DNA from: Synechococcus elongatus PCC 6301
Lineage (GTDB): Bacteria > Cyanobacteriota > Cyanobacteriia > Synechococcales > Synechococcaceae
NCBI RefSeq assembly: GCF_000010065.1
Contig: NC_006576.1
Span: 270,001-302,000 of the forward strand
DNA: 32,000 nt
Direction of reading: 5' to 3'
The translations under genes were made by a program, and so were the position numbers. Of this stretch, positions 20,074-29,041 are shown in pieces. Position 1 is the first letter of the stretch. The number at the start of each line of letters is the position of its first letter. The notes beneath the pieces are model-generated. The model was not told where the DNA came from. It saw nothing but the letters and a program-made list of their open reading frames with translations, and made no database searches.

Positions 20074-20562
20074 CTACTGGTCGGCTTGAACGATCAGTAC
20101 ATCGCAGCTGACGTGGTGGACGACATAGCTACTGACGCTGCCCATCAAGATTTCTGAAATCCCGCTCAGACCACGCCGACCCACAACAACGAGGTCTACG
20201 CCCAAGTCTTTGACGGCATCGCAAATGCCTCGGCTGGGATCGATAAAGCGAAGCAAGGGAATGGCTTCGATATTAACTGCGGTTGCTTGTTGTCGCAGAT
20301 CTTGCAGTTGCTGGCGGGCCAACTCAGCATCTTGCCGTTGGCTGGCTTCTGCCAAGCTGAGATCGACAGTCCAGTCAGATGGCGAGTTTAGGAAGTTGAT
20401 GTAGCTGCTGCTGTAGACCGGAGGTAATGGCGAGCAGTGCAGTAAAACCAGTTGAGCCTGATTTTGTTGGGCTAGCGTCAGCGCTTTCTTAAAAATCGAA
20501 CTTTTGCCAGCCGAAAGATCAATCGCTGCCAAGATTTTTTGATAGCTCATCTGGCACCTCAC
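20074..20562 (-). CDS. Universal stress protein (UspA family)
   Basis: 'YQKILAAIDLSAGKSSIFKKALTLAQQNQAQLVLLHC', 'DLVVVGRRGLSGISEILMGSVSSYVVHHVSCDVLIV'; ATP-binding Gx2Gx9G(S/T)-type motif. Confidence 0.92.
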   Translation of the reverse strand: MRCQMSYQKILAAIDLSAGKSSIFKKALTLAQQNQAQLVLLHCSPLPPVYSSSYINFLNSPSDWTVDLSLAEASQRQDAELARQQLQDLRQQATAVNIEAIPLLRFIDPSRGICDAVKDLGVDLVVVGRRGLSGISEILMGSVSSYVVHHVSCDVLIVQADQ

Positions 20563-20658
20563 AAGCAGCGCTGTTCTACTTCAATTATCCTGCTAGCCCT
20601 GCGAATTCAGTATTTAGCTGTCATTGCGAACTGTTGAGCATAGGGATGACAAGAGGGC

Positions 20659-22080
20659 TCAGCCAGTGGTTTGGCAGCGATCGCAGTGTCCACAGCGCCA
20701 AGTTGTGGGGTGATTGCTCCCGAAGGATTGCAACAGCGATCGCCAACGGCAGTCGCGACTGTAGAGGAACTGCCGCAGGGGTTGTAGATCCAGCCGGGGT
20801 GCTGGGCGTGGAGTGGGTATGGCTCGCCGCCGATACCGGAAGGGATCCAGCCACTGCAACTGCCCCAGTCTTTGCAGGTAGGCCAAGGCTAAATCCAGTT
20901 CATTACTACTGGCTAGGCTGCGAAGATCGCCACTGGCGGGAAGTTGCTGGGCTTGCCGTTGGGCCGCTTCCCATTGTTGCTGGGTAGCCTGCTGAAATCC
21001 TTGCCAGCGATCGCGATCGCTCGGATCGAGCCAACCACTGGGCTCACTCACTAAGGTCAGGCCTTGGGCCCGTTGTTGATCACGTCCACCACGGCCGACT
21101 TCTTGCAGATATTCACTGAGGAGCAAAGGGGGGTGTACATGGGCAACCCAGCGTACATCGCGCTTATCAATGCCCATCCCAAAGGCAGAGCTACAGACTG
21201 CAAAGGGCAGCGAACCAGTTTGCCAAGCTTGCTCAATTTGCCGCCGTTCGCGATCGCTCACTCCGGCATGATAAGCCGCGCAGCGGTAGCCTCGATTGCG
21301 CAAGCGGTCGGCCCAGGTTTCACAGTCGCGCCGGCTGCGCAGATAGATTAAGCCACTCTGACCTTGATGTTTGGCTAAAAAGTCTAAGAGCTGATTCTGA
21401 CGCTGGCGAGGCGTCCACACCGTCTTCACGGCTAGGACAAGATTGCTGCGATAGGGATCGCGCTGATGTCGTTGAGGTTGTTGCAGTTGTAGTATCTGGC
21501 TGAGTCGTGCCACCTCTTGGGGGTAAGCGGTCGCTGTGAAAGCTGCGATCGGGAAGGAAGGTTTACCCAATCGGACGAGAGCAGGTCGGATCGCACCTAG
21601 CCGCAGGTAGGTCGGTCGGAAACTTTCGCCCCACTGCAGCAGACAGTGGGCTTCGTCGAGGATGAGTCCTGCGATCGCAATCGTTGGCTCCGTCAGACGC
21701 GACCAGAGAGGCGTACTCAGTAAGGTTTCGGGCGCCAGATAGAGCAGCTTGAGTTGCGGTAACTTCTGAAGCACGGCCTTGCGATCGCGTGGAGCCATCT
21801 GGCTATGGAGGCAGGCGGCAGCAATTCCCCGTGCTTGTAGGTCCGCCACTTGATTTTCAATCAGGGCAATCAGCGGCGTCACCACGATCGTCAACCCCGA
21901 TCGCAGAAGTGCTGGCACTTGGAAGCAGAGCGATTTGCCACCGCCGGTTGGCCAGATGATCAGACAATCTCGACCTTGAGCGATCGCCTCTACAATCTCA
22001 GCCTGTCCCGGTCGAAAGGCGGGGTAACCCCAATGCTGCTGAAGCAGTTGTTGCGCGGTGAGTGATGCGGCCTGAACCAT
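20659..22080 (-). CDS. recQ: RecQ-family ATP-dependent DNA helicase, short form without HRDC
   Basis: Walker A 'WPTGGGKSLCFQVPAL', DEAH box, 'SAFGMGIDKRDVRWVAHVHPP', C-terminal Zn cluster 'CGHCDRCQTTG' ending the protein. ORF opens at 22122; MVQAASLTAQQ at 22080 preferred. Confidence 0.9.
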   Translation of the reverse strand: MVQAASLTAQQLLQQHWGYPAFRPGQAEIVEAIAQGRDCLIIWPTGGGKSLCFQVPALLRSGLTIVVTPLIALIENQVADLQARGIAAACLHSQMAPRDRKAVLQKLPQLKLLYLAPETLLSTPLWSRLTEPTIAIAGLILDEAHCLLQWGESFRPTYLRLGAIRPALVRLGKPSFPIAAFTATAYPQEVARLSQILQLQQPQRHQRDPYRSNLVLAVKTVWTPRQRQNQLLDFLAKHQGQSGLIYLRSRRDCETWADRLRNRGYRCAAYHAGVSDRERRQIEQAWQTGSLPFAVCSSAFGMGIDKRDVRWVAHVHPPLLLSEYLQEVGRGGRDQQRAQGLTLVSEPSGWLDPSDRDRWQGFQQATQQQWEAAQRQAQQLPASGDLRSLASSNELDLALAYLQRLGQLQWLDPFRYRRRAIPTPRPAPRLDLQPLRQFLYSRDCRWRSLLQSFGSNHPTTWRCGHCDRCQTTG

Positions 22081-22137
22081 AGCCGGCAAACAAGCAGTGT
22101 CTCCAGCATTCCCGCTAGCCACTGCAGATCCCCAAGC

Positions 22138-22707
22138 TCAGTCAATCAGCCAGTAGCCGTTCTCAGTGCAAACTGCTGAAAAAGGGATGTCCCAAGGATC
22201 GTGGGGTAACTCCGACATGATCTGCGCTGCATAGGCGACCACGATCGCCGGAATCGATCGCCAAGCTGGGTCCGCCCGCAGGCGATCGTAGTAGCCACCG
22301 CCATACCCCAACCGATAACCTTCCTTATCCACAGCCACTGCTGGCACGATGAGCAGATCAATTTCAGCTGGAGAGACTGTTAGAGAGTCTGCTAGAGGCG
22401 CAAGCACTCCAGCGCAGTCCTTTGCTAGAGGCTGTTCAAACTGATAGCAATGGGCATAAAGCCGTTGATTTTGACAGCGAGGCAGTGCCCATTGTTTGGG
22501 TTGCAAGAGTAGTGATCGCAAGTCCGGCTCAGCCCCTAGCGGCCAATAACTCAAAACCGTTGTCGCCCGCTGAAACAGCGAAGAGGCTTGCAAATGTACC
22601 GCGATCGCTTGGCTGTACTGCTGTCGTTCCACCACTGACAGCGATCGCCGTTCTGCAAGTAGTTGTCGCCGCAGGCTGGCCTTATCAAGGTGCAAGCGCG
22701 GAGTCAT
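22138..22707 (-). CDS. 5-formyltetrahydrofolate cyclo-ligase
   Basis: 'DKASLRRQLLAERRSLS', 'LIVPAVAVDKEGYRLGYGGGYYDRLRAD'. Confidence 0.9.
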   Translation of the reverse strand: MTPRLHLDKASLRRQLLAERRSLSVVERQQYSQAIAVHLQASSLFQRATTVLSYWPLGAEPDLRSLLLQPKQWALPRCQNQRLYAHCYQFEQPLAKDCAGVLAPLADSLTVSPAEIDLLIVPAVAVDKEGYRLGYGGGYYDRLRADPAWRSIPAIVVAYAAQIMSELPHDPWDIPFSAVCTENGYWLID

Positions 22708-22945
22708 CCAAAACTGAGTGATCCACAGATTACAAGCGATCGAGGATGGAATGCTGGAATCAGGCTTCTGAAGGACATTTGCACTGATCTAATGATTGTC
22801 TACTTATGTTCTACAGTCATTTATCTTATATCAAGAAATTTGAGACTTAAAGCAAGTCCAACTTGAGTCTTTAATAAGAACCTTGGGATATGAAAAATTG
22901 GAGGCTCATGGTTACGATCCCAGAGATAACCAAGACGGGTTCGCT

Positions 22946-23908
22946 ATGTCACCGACAGTTGCCTTGCTGCGGGTCGATCGCTACGAAGCCCAATTGCTCG
23001 ATGAGCGACTCGCGGCCTTACTTGCGCCTTGGGGGGGAATGGCTGCTTTCGTGAAGCCCGGCCAGAAAGTCTTGCTCAAACCCAATTTGTTGACAGGAAA
23101 TCGGCCCGGTAAGGAGTGTGTGACGCGTCCCGACCTCGTAGCAGCGATCGCGCGGCTAGTTCGCCAAGTCGGTGGAGAGCCATTTTTGGGCGATAGTCCT
23201 GCTTTTGGGAGTGCCAAAGGGGTCGCGATCGCTAGTGGCTATGGCCCAATGTTGGAGGAACTCGATATTCCCCTAGTGGAATTTCGCGGTGTGCGACAGA
23301 GTACTGACAGTCCTACTTTTCAGCACCTCAGGCTTAGTCGGGAAGCTTTAGGGGCAGATGTCGTTATCAACATCCCCAAGCTCAAATCCCATGTGCAGCT
23401 GACGCTCTCGGCAGGCGTGAAAAATCTGTTTGGTTGCGTCCCCGGCAAGATGAAAGCGTGGTGGCACCTCGAAGCTGGGAAAGATCGCGATCGCTTTGGT
23501 GAAATGCTTGTGGAAACTGCTCGGGCGATCTCACCAGCACTGACGATTTTGGATGCGATCGTCGCCCATGAGGGCAATGGTCCCAGCAACGGCGAACCGC
23601 GATCGCTCAAGCTATTAGCAGCAGCGGATGATGTTTTTGCCCTCGATCAAGCCTGTGCAACATTGCTAGGGCTAAATGAGTTGGCCGTTCCGACCCTAGC
23701 AGCGGCAGCACGACTGCAATTACAGCATCCAACATTGCACTATCCCTTTCTAGATGCTGGTGATTGTCGGATTCTGGATTGGCGGCAACCCGACCGCCTA
23801 GTTCCCATTGATTTCGGTGCACCTAGAATTCTGCGATCAACCCTGAAGCATCTCTACATCCGATTAATTAAAGAACCGTTCCAAGCCTATGCACGGTCGT
23901 CTTCGTAG
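22946..23908 (+). CDS. DUF362 domain-containing protein
   Basis: 'VKPGQKVLLKPNLLTGNRPGKECVTRPDLVAAIARLVRQVGG', 'VVINIPKLKSHVQLTLSAGVKNLFGCVPG'. ORF opens at 22883; ATG at 22946 preferred. Confidence 0.85.
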   Translation: MSPTVALLRVDRYEAQLLDERLAALLAPWGGMAAFVKPGQKVLLKPNLLTGNRPGKECVTRPDLVAAIARLVRQVGGEPFLGDSPAFGSAKGVAIASGYGPMLEELDIPLVEFRGVRQSTDSPTFQHLRLSREALGADVVINIPKLKSHVQLTLSAGVKNLFGCVPGKMKAWWHLEAGKDRDRFGEMLVETARAISPALTILDAIVAHEGNGPSNGEPRSLKLLAAADDVFALDQACATLLGLNELAVPTLAAAARLQLQHPTLHYPFLDAGDCRILDWRQPDRLVPIDFGAPRILRSTLKHLYIRLIKEPFQAYARSSS

Positions 23909-23962
23909 TTACGAGACTCGTACACAGATCAGTAGGTTGAGGAAACGAAAACGCGATCGCAA

Positions 23963-25693
23963 CTAGAGCTGACTAATCCGAACCGTCTGATTGCGACCAT
24001 TCAACTTCGCTTTGAGCATCGCCATATTTGCAGCTTTCAACAGCTCAGAGGGAGTTTGGCCAGCAGAAGGGAAGGCTGCAACGCCGAGAGAAATCGTGAT
24101 CCGACAATTGCTCACTGCTTTCTGACTCACAGCCAGTCGAATTTGCTCAGCCCGTTGATAGGTCATGTCCTCATCCATGCCTGGCAAAATGAGGACGAAC
24201 TCCTCGCCCCCATACCGACAAGCAAGATCTTCACCGCGCCGACACGATTCCAGCATCGTTTGTCCGAGTGTCTGCAACACTTGATCGCCAACAGCATGTC
24301 CAAAGCGCGTATTAAAGTCTTTGAATTTATCAACATCCAAGAAGATTAATCCCACTGAATAAGGGGCATCCCCTAGAGACCGCGATTCATTACGACGAAT
24401 TGCTGTTAGTAACGTTCGTTCAAGAATTTCATCAAGGAAACGCCGATTATAAAGAGCTGTATTACTATCTCGATAGCTCAACTGTTTGAGCTGTTCTTGA
24501 AGGTGCATTACTGCCAAAGGTAAGGCTAATTGCTGACCAAAAGACTCCACAATTTTTTGAGACTTAGGGTCAACATTAGTCAGGTGTAAAATACCAATCA
24601 GCTGTTCATGTGCTTGTAATGGAATACAGATAATATTATCAGGAATAATCTCTCCATGTAGATGGTGACAGAGACCGCAGGGATAGGTAAATTCCGCTTG
24701 ACTAGAGTGATAACATTCGCCTCGTCGCATTGCCCAACAATCGGAGGGCATCGCGAGAGAAGGTAATTCCAACTCACCAAAGCGAGCAATCTCAACGAGT
24801 GTATCTCTCGAAGCACTGATTTCAAGGACAGCACCTTGTGCTTGAGGAAACCAGCGCTGAAAGAAATCCTCCAGAATTTTTTTAATCTCTTCTGTAGAGC
24901 GACAGGTCAGGAGTAAACTACTTAATTTCTGTTCGAGCTGCAATACTTTGAGCTTGTGATTGAGCGTATCTTCTTTCTCTTGGTAATCATGATCAATGAC
25001 ACTCATCTCCCGTTGCTCTCGGCGTTGTTCTTGATAGAGTGCGATCGCAAGAGTCAAGCCTAGGAGCGAGCCTAAAATCAGGAGGACATTTGTGAGTAGA
25101 CGATAGCTATCAACATTAATTACACGACGATCGAGGATTCTTCGCTCATTTTGAACAATCTGATTGATTTGAGAGTGTACATTATAATAAGAGGCATCGA
25201 GGCTTGGTGTAGCCTCTTGCTTTGCATTCATTAGATTTTGCTGCTCCTCTAGCTTGGATTGGATCAGCGCTGATAACGCCGCAATCTCTTTCAACTGTTC
25301 TGGATTGGGGGGCTGAACATAAAAGCTTTTTAACTTATCAATTGAATCCAACAGCTGTTCTTGTCCAAGCTGATAGAGTTTGTTATCGGTTTCTTGGCGA
25401 CTTTCCAGGTAGCTGTTAAATCGGAAGAGCAGTCGAATCTGGTAGTAGTCAATTATTTGTGCAACTTCGATCGCTTCAAGAGAGCGATCGACTTGGCGAC
25501 GGGCTTCTTGAATTGCGAATAGTCCTAAGCTCCCTGCAATGCCAAAAACACCGAGGAGTAAGCCTGCCCCACCATAAACCCAAGAACGCCACCCCTTGAC
25601 TTTTAGGCGCGGTTTTGGGTTTGGTAGTCCTACCTCTATCTCATCCAGTAGTGACTGATCTGAGGAGTCTGCTGTACTGAAGGCATTTTGCAT
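23963..25693 (-). CDS. Membrane-anchored diguanylate cyclase (GGDEF), probable GAF-like middle region
   Basis: Two TM segments flanking an extracytoplasmic helical region, coiled coil, Cys-containing GAF-like region, GGDEF domain with active-site variant RYGGEEF. Confidence 0.88.
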   Translation of the reverse strand: MQNAFSTADSSDQSLLDEIEVGLPNPKPRLKVKGWRSWVYGGAGLLLGVFGIAGSLGLFAIQEARRQVDRSLEAIEVAQIIDYYQIRLLFRFNSYLESRQETDNKLYQLGQEQLLDSIDKLKSFYVQPPNPEQLKEIAALSALIQSKLEEQQNLMNAKQEATPSLDASYYNVHSQINQIVQNERRILDRRVINVDSYRLLTNVLLILGSLLGLTLAIALYQEQRREQREMSVIDHDYQEKEDTLNHKLKVLQLEQKLSSLLLTCRSTEEIKKILEDFFQRWFPQAQGAVLEISASRDTLVEIARFGELELPSLAMPSDCWAMRRGECYHSSQAEFTYPCGLCHHLHGEIIPDNIICIPLQAHEQLIGILHLTNVDPKSQKIVESFGQQLALPLAVMHLQEQLKQLSYRDSNTALYNRRFLDEILERTLLTAIRRNESRSLGDAPYSVGLIFLDVDKFKDFNTRFGHAVGDQVLQTLGQTMLESCRRGEDLACRYGGEEFVLILPGMDEDMTYQRAEQIRLAVSQKAVSNCRITISLGVAAFPSAGQTPSELLKAANMAMLKAKLNGRNQTVRISQL

Positions 25694-26052
25694 CGCTCTA
25701 GAATCTTGAGGCTCCCATAGTCAGTATCGCCATACGTTTTTAGTATTCCCTAACTCATTTTGTCGCCCTTCAGGGTGTGCAAAAAACAATCCTGGTAAAT
25801 ATTCATTGATGCAAACTAGCGTGCTAATTATCAACTAGCAAATTTCACTGCTGCGAATCATTCCAAGCGATCGCTGCTCTTGCAGCAATTTCGACTGACC
25901 GTTCTATCTGAGTCATCTACAAGAAAATAAGACTGATATGAGACTGGGGTTATGAGTTACTAGATGCTAGGGTAACTGCTTGCCCTTCTGCGGTGTACGC
26001 AAGATGGCGGAATTCTGAAACTCTTATCTAGAGCAGTTTTAAGGGTGTTTAA

Positions 26053-26090
26053 AGTCCAGAACAGATTGATTTGGACTACTTTTATTTTTT
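26053..26090 (+). terminator. Candidate intrinsic terminator in the 25694-26480 intergenic region
   Basis: AGTCCAGA / TTTGGACT stem (one G-U) followed by ACTTTTATTTTTT on the + strand, not adjacent to any annotated + strand gene. Confidence 0.4.
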
Positions 26091-26480
26091 GGAGATTGGC
26101 TTTTTGGGGTTCTTACAGCCTAACATGTCCTGCAAATTTTTCTCATTCTGGTCTCATTACTTCTTAATCGCTCTCACCAATTCCAGCAGCCTGGACTAAA
26201 TAGCGATCGTCTGAAAATTAGCGGTCAAAATCCCCAGTTCGGTTCTTATTTCGAGCCACGAAAAACTCCGGATTGTTCAGATCCAGTCCCGGATTCAGTC
26301 GCATATGCCCCATGTCTGCTTGGATAGAGCCGAGAACAGCCTGCCTCTAGGACAAGAAGCTCGCCACCTTGTTTCCGCTCCTAAGACTGTCTCAACTGAA
26401 ACAATATCTGCCCTACAAAAAATTAGGCCCAAAGCGATCGCCCTGAGCCTAGAAAGGTTTGAAAGTGGCTGGGTTATGCG

Positions 26481-27890
26481 CTAGTGAGTCACAGCAAGAG
26501 TTTGCGCTAGACCATTTGCCTGTGCTGCTTCGACAACGGCGGCTGCGACAGCCGGCGCTACACGAGAATCAAAAGCACTGGGGACGATGTGCTCTGCCGA
26601 AAGAGTTTCTGGGGGTACTAGAGCTGCGATCGCTCGTGCAGCGGCTAGGAACATGCTGCTGGTCAGGCTCTTCGCCCGACAATCCAAGGCTCCACGGAAT
26701 ACGCCTGGGAAAGCCAGGACATTATTAATCTGGTTCGGGTAGTCACTGCGGCCCGTGGCGATGACGGCTGCCCGCCCCTGAATCAGCTCTGGTTGAATCT
26801 CGGGGATGGGGTTGGCCATCGCGAAAATAATGCGATCGCTCGCCATAGTTTCCACCATTTCGACGGTCAGCACCCCCGGCACGCTGACACCGATAAAGAC
26901 ATCCGCATTGACCAGAGCATCAGCTAAGCTCCCACCTGCTTCAATGGCGAATGCTTGCTTCTGGGGCGTCAGATCGCTGCGATCGCAACTAAGAATCCCG
27001 CGAGAATCACAAATGATGATGTTAGTAGCGCCCGCTTCCCGCAGCAGCGAGGCAACGGACAGACCGGCCGCACCGGCTCCATTCATCACGATCCGCACCT
27101 GTGAGAGCGATTTCTTGACCAGCTTCAGAGCGTTTTCAAGTGCTGCGAGGGTGACGATCGCGGTGCCATGCTGATCGTCGTGAAACACCGGGATATCTAG
27201 CTCTTGCTTCAGTCGAGCTTCAATTTCAAAGCAACGAGGAGCCGCAATATCCTCCAAATTCACGCCCCCAAAGACCGGCGCGATTCGCTTCATCGTCTCG
27301 ACAATCTCATCCGTGTCTTGGGTATCAAGACAAATCGGGAAGGCATCGACATCGCCAAACGCCTTGAACAGCATGGCTTTGCCCTCCATCACCGGCAATG
27401 CACCGGCTGGGCCAAGGTTACCAAGGCCAAGAACGGCGGTCCCATCGGTGACGATCGCCACCATGTTTTGTTTGACCGTTAGCTCGTAGACGCGATCGGG
27501 GTTAGCCGCAATCGCCTTACAAACGCGACCCACACCGGGCGTATAGGCCATAGCAAGCTGGGCTTGACTGGTCAACGGCAGCTTTGGCTCGACGCTAATT
27601 TTGCCACCACGGTGTAGTGCAAAGGTGCGATCTTCGCTGTCTAGCAACTCCAGATCCGGCACTGCTGCGATCGCTTCAACCACTGCTGCAGCCTGCTCTT
27701 CACTGGCCGCTTCTACTATCAGCCGACGGTCAATCCACTGGTTAGTCCGCTGCAGCAATTCCATCTCTGTTAAGTTCGCGCCGGTCGTGGCGATCGCCTG
27801 CACAACATGCAGCATGGCAGCGGTATTGCTGGGCATACGCACCAGAACCGAAACGCTGTGACTGGCATTAGGAGTAAGTGCAGAAGCCAT
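26481..27890 (-). CDS. NAD(P)-dependent malic enzyme with N-terminal ACT-like domain
   Basis: N-terminal 'VLVRMPSNTAAMLHVVQAIATTGANLTEMELLQ' ACT-like; malic enzyme motifs 'AMAYTPGVGRVCKAIA', 'PVFHDDQHGTAIVTLAAL', 'VIATGRSDYPNQINNVLAFPGVFRGAL'. Confidence 0.93.
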   Translation of the reverse strand: MASALTPNASHSVSVLVRMPSNTAAMLHVVQAIATTGANLTEMELLQRTNQWIDRRLIVEAASEEQAAAVVEAIAAVPDLELLDSEDRTFALHRGGKISVEPKLPLTSQAQLAMAYTPGVGRVCKAIAANPDRVYELTVKQNMVAIVTDGTAVLGLGNLGPAGALPVMEGKAMLFKAFGDVDAFPICLDTQDTDEIVETMKRIAPVFGGVNLEDIAAPRCFEIEARLKQELDIPVFHDDQHGTAIVTLAALENALKLVKKSLSQVRIVMNGAGAAGLSVASLLREAGATNIIICDSRGILSCDRSDLTPQKQAFAIEAGGSLADALVNADVFIGVSVPGVLTVEMVETMASDRIIFAMANPIPEIQPELIQGRAAVIATGRSDYPNQINNVLAFPGVFRGALDCRAKSLTSSMFLAAARAIAALVPPETLSAEHIVPSAFDSRVAPAVAAAVVEAAQANGLAQTLAVTH

Positions 27891-28206
27891 TGAGACAGGG
27901 GTGCGAAGAGTCTTAATGCCATTGTCCCACCCTGCTCGAGTCTCCCCTAAAGGATTTCTGCCTTCCTTTTAGCTAGAGGCACGGGCGATCAGCTATACGG
28001 TGAGATTTTAGCTTGTCTACTAGTCTTATAAAAGTCGCAACTAAGTCCAAAAACAAGTCTTATAAATCTTATAAATAGACAAAAATCACCCTAGAGCTAA
28101 TCACTGACCTAAAAAAAGACCCAAAGCCTTAAACAGCCTTGAGTCCAGCGATCAGCTCTGCAAATGACTGATTTTTAAGGAACACTCAGTTTGTCTGTGC
28201 AGTCGC

Positions 28207-28902
28207 TCAGCGCAGCTGGATGGGGCTCCAGCGATTCACGGGAGGAGCCAGATATTCTGGGGCAAGTTCCGTCGCCGATCGCGCCGTGAGGTACAGGTCA
28301 AAGCTGACTGAGAGTCGCGTCAAGTCAGTCAGGTTTTCGGTGACGCCATGTCTTGTGCTGGCAGGAAACAGCAGCAATAATCCAGCCTGCGGTGGATAGT
28401 CAATCCACGCTTGGTTGAGTGCAGCCTCCTCGGCAATCACCTCGCCATAGCCAACGGCTAAGCCGGGCACCAACTCATTGCGCGGGCGATCGTCAAAAAT
28501 TCTGAGGGCTCCCAGTTCAGGATCGCCGCTGCCGTTCAAGTAGTAGATAGCGCTGAGATGGGCGTTGGGATGGTGATGGGCGCCAATGCTTTGGCCGGGC
28601 TCAGAAACAACCGGCCACGATCGCTGAATCCACAATTGCAAAGCCTCCGTTTGAAAACCCAACGCTTGGCAAAACTGCAGCGCTTCAACCTCTACCTGCG
28701 ATCGCAACCAAGCAAAATCAGGATGTTCATGCACCAAGGCCACGCCATTCATGTCGCCGGTCCAGGCCGATTCCCCACTCGGATTCGCCCAGAGATCACC
28801 GCGCCATTGAAAAATCTGAGCAACCATCCGCTCATGTAGAGCCGGATCGGGCGTGAGCAGGTTGCGAGAAACAGCAAGCGGGAACCAAGTATCAATGGGC
28901 AT
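28207..28902 (-). CDS. Putative 2OG-Fe(II) oxygenase-like protein
   Basis: 'WPVVSEPGQSIGAHHHPNAHLSAIYYLNG' and 'LLLFPASTRHGVTENLTDLTRLSVSFDLYL' resemble the iron- and 2OG-binding core of this fold. Confidence 0.7.
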   Translation of the reverse strand: MPIDTWFPLAVSRNLLTPDPALHERMVAQIFQWRGDLWANPSGESAWTGDMNGVALVHEHPDFAWLRSQVEVEALQFCQALGFQTEALQLWIQRSWPVVSEPGQSIGAHHHPNAHLSAIYYLNGSGDPELGALRIFDDRPRNELVPGLAVGYGEVIAEEAALNQAWIDYPPQAGLLLLFPASTRHGVTENLTDLTRLSVSFDLYLTARSATELAPEYLAPPVNRWSPIQLR

Positions 28903-28982
28903 CGATTACGGCTGTGAAGAGTCTTTCGATACCCTACTCCACTCGTTATAACTAGCCGAAATAGCCAGAGATTGTTGTCAGC

Positions 28983-29016
28983 AAGGGCCACAATAGGGGG
29001 CACCGTGGCCTTTCTT
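28983..29016 (+). promoter_or_regulatory. Terminator-like hairpin just upstream of the acyltransferase gene
   Basis: AAGGGCCAC / GTGGCCTTT (9 bp, one G-U wobble) followed by CTT; only ~26 nt before ATG 29042. Confidence 0.45.
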
Positions 29017-29041
29017 GGCGATCGAGCGATCGCTATCACGC

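Noticed and set aside
23908-23930. Perfect short palindrome ACGAG-A-CTCGT between convergent DUF362 and GGDEF genes
   Set aside because: The 1-nt spacer is too short for a hairpin loop with the full stem and there is no T-run; not convincing as a terminator.
28558-28839. 93-aa + strand ORF opposite the 2OG-Fe(II) oxygenase-like gene
   Set aside because: Antisense to a conserved-looking coding region and no independent support.
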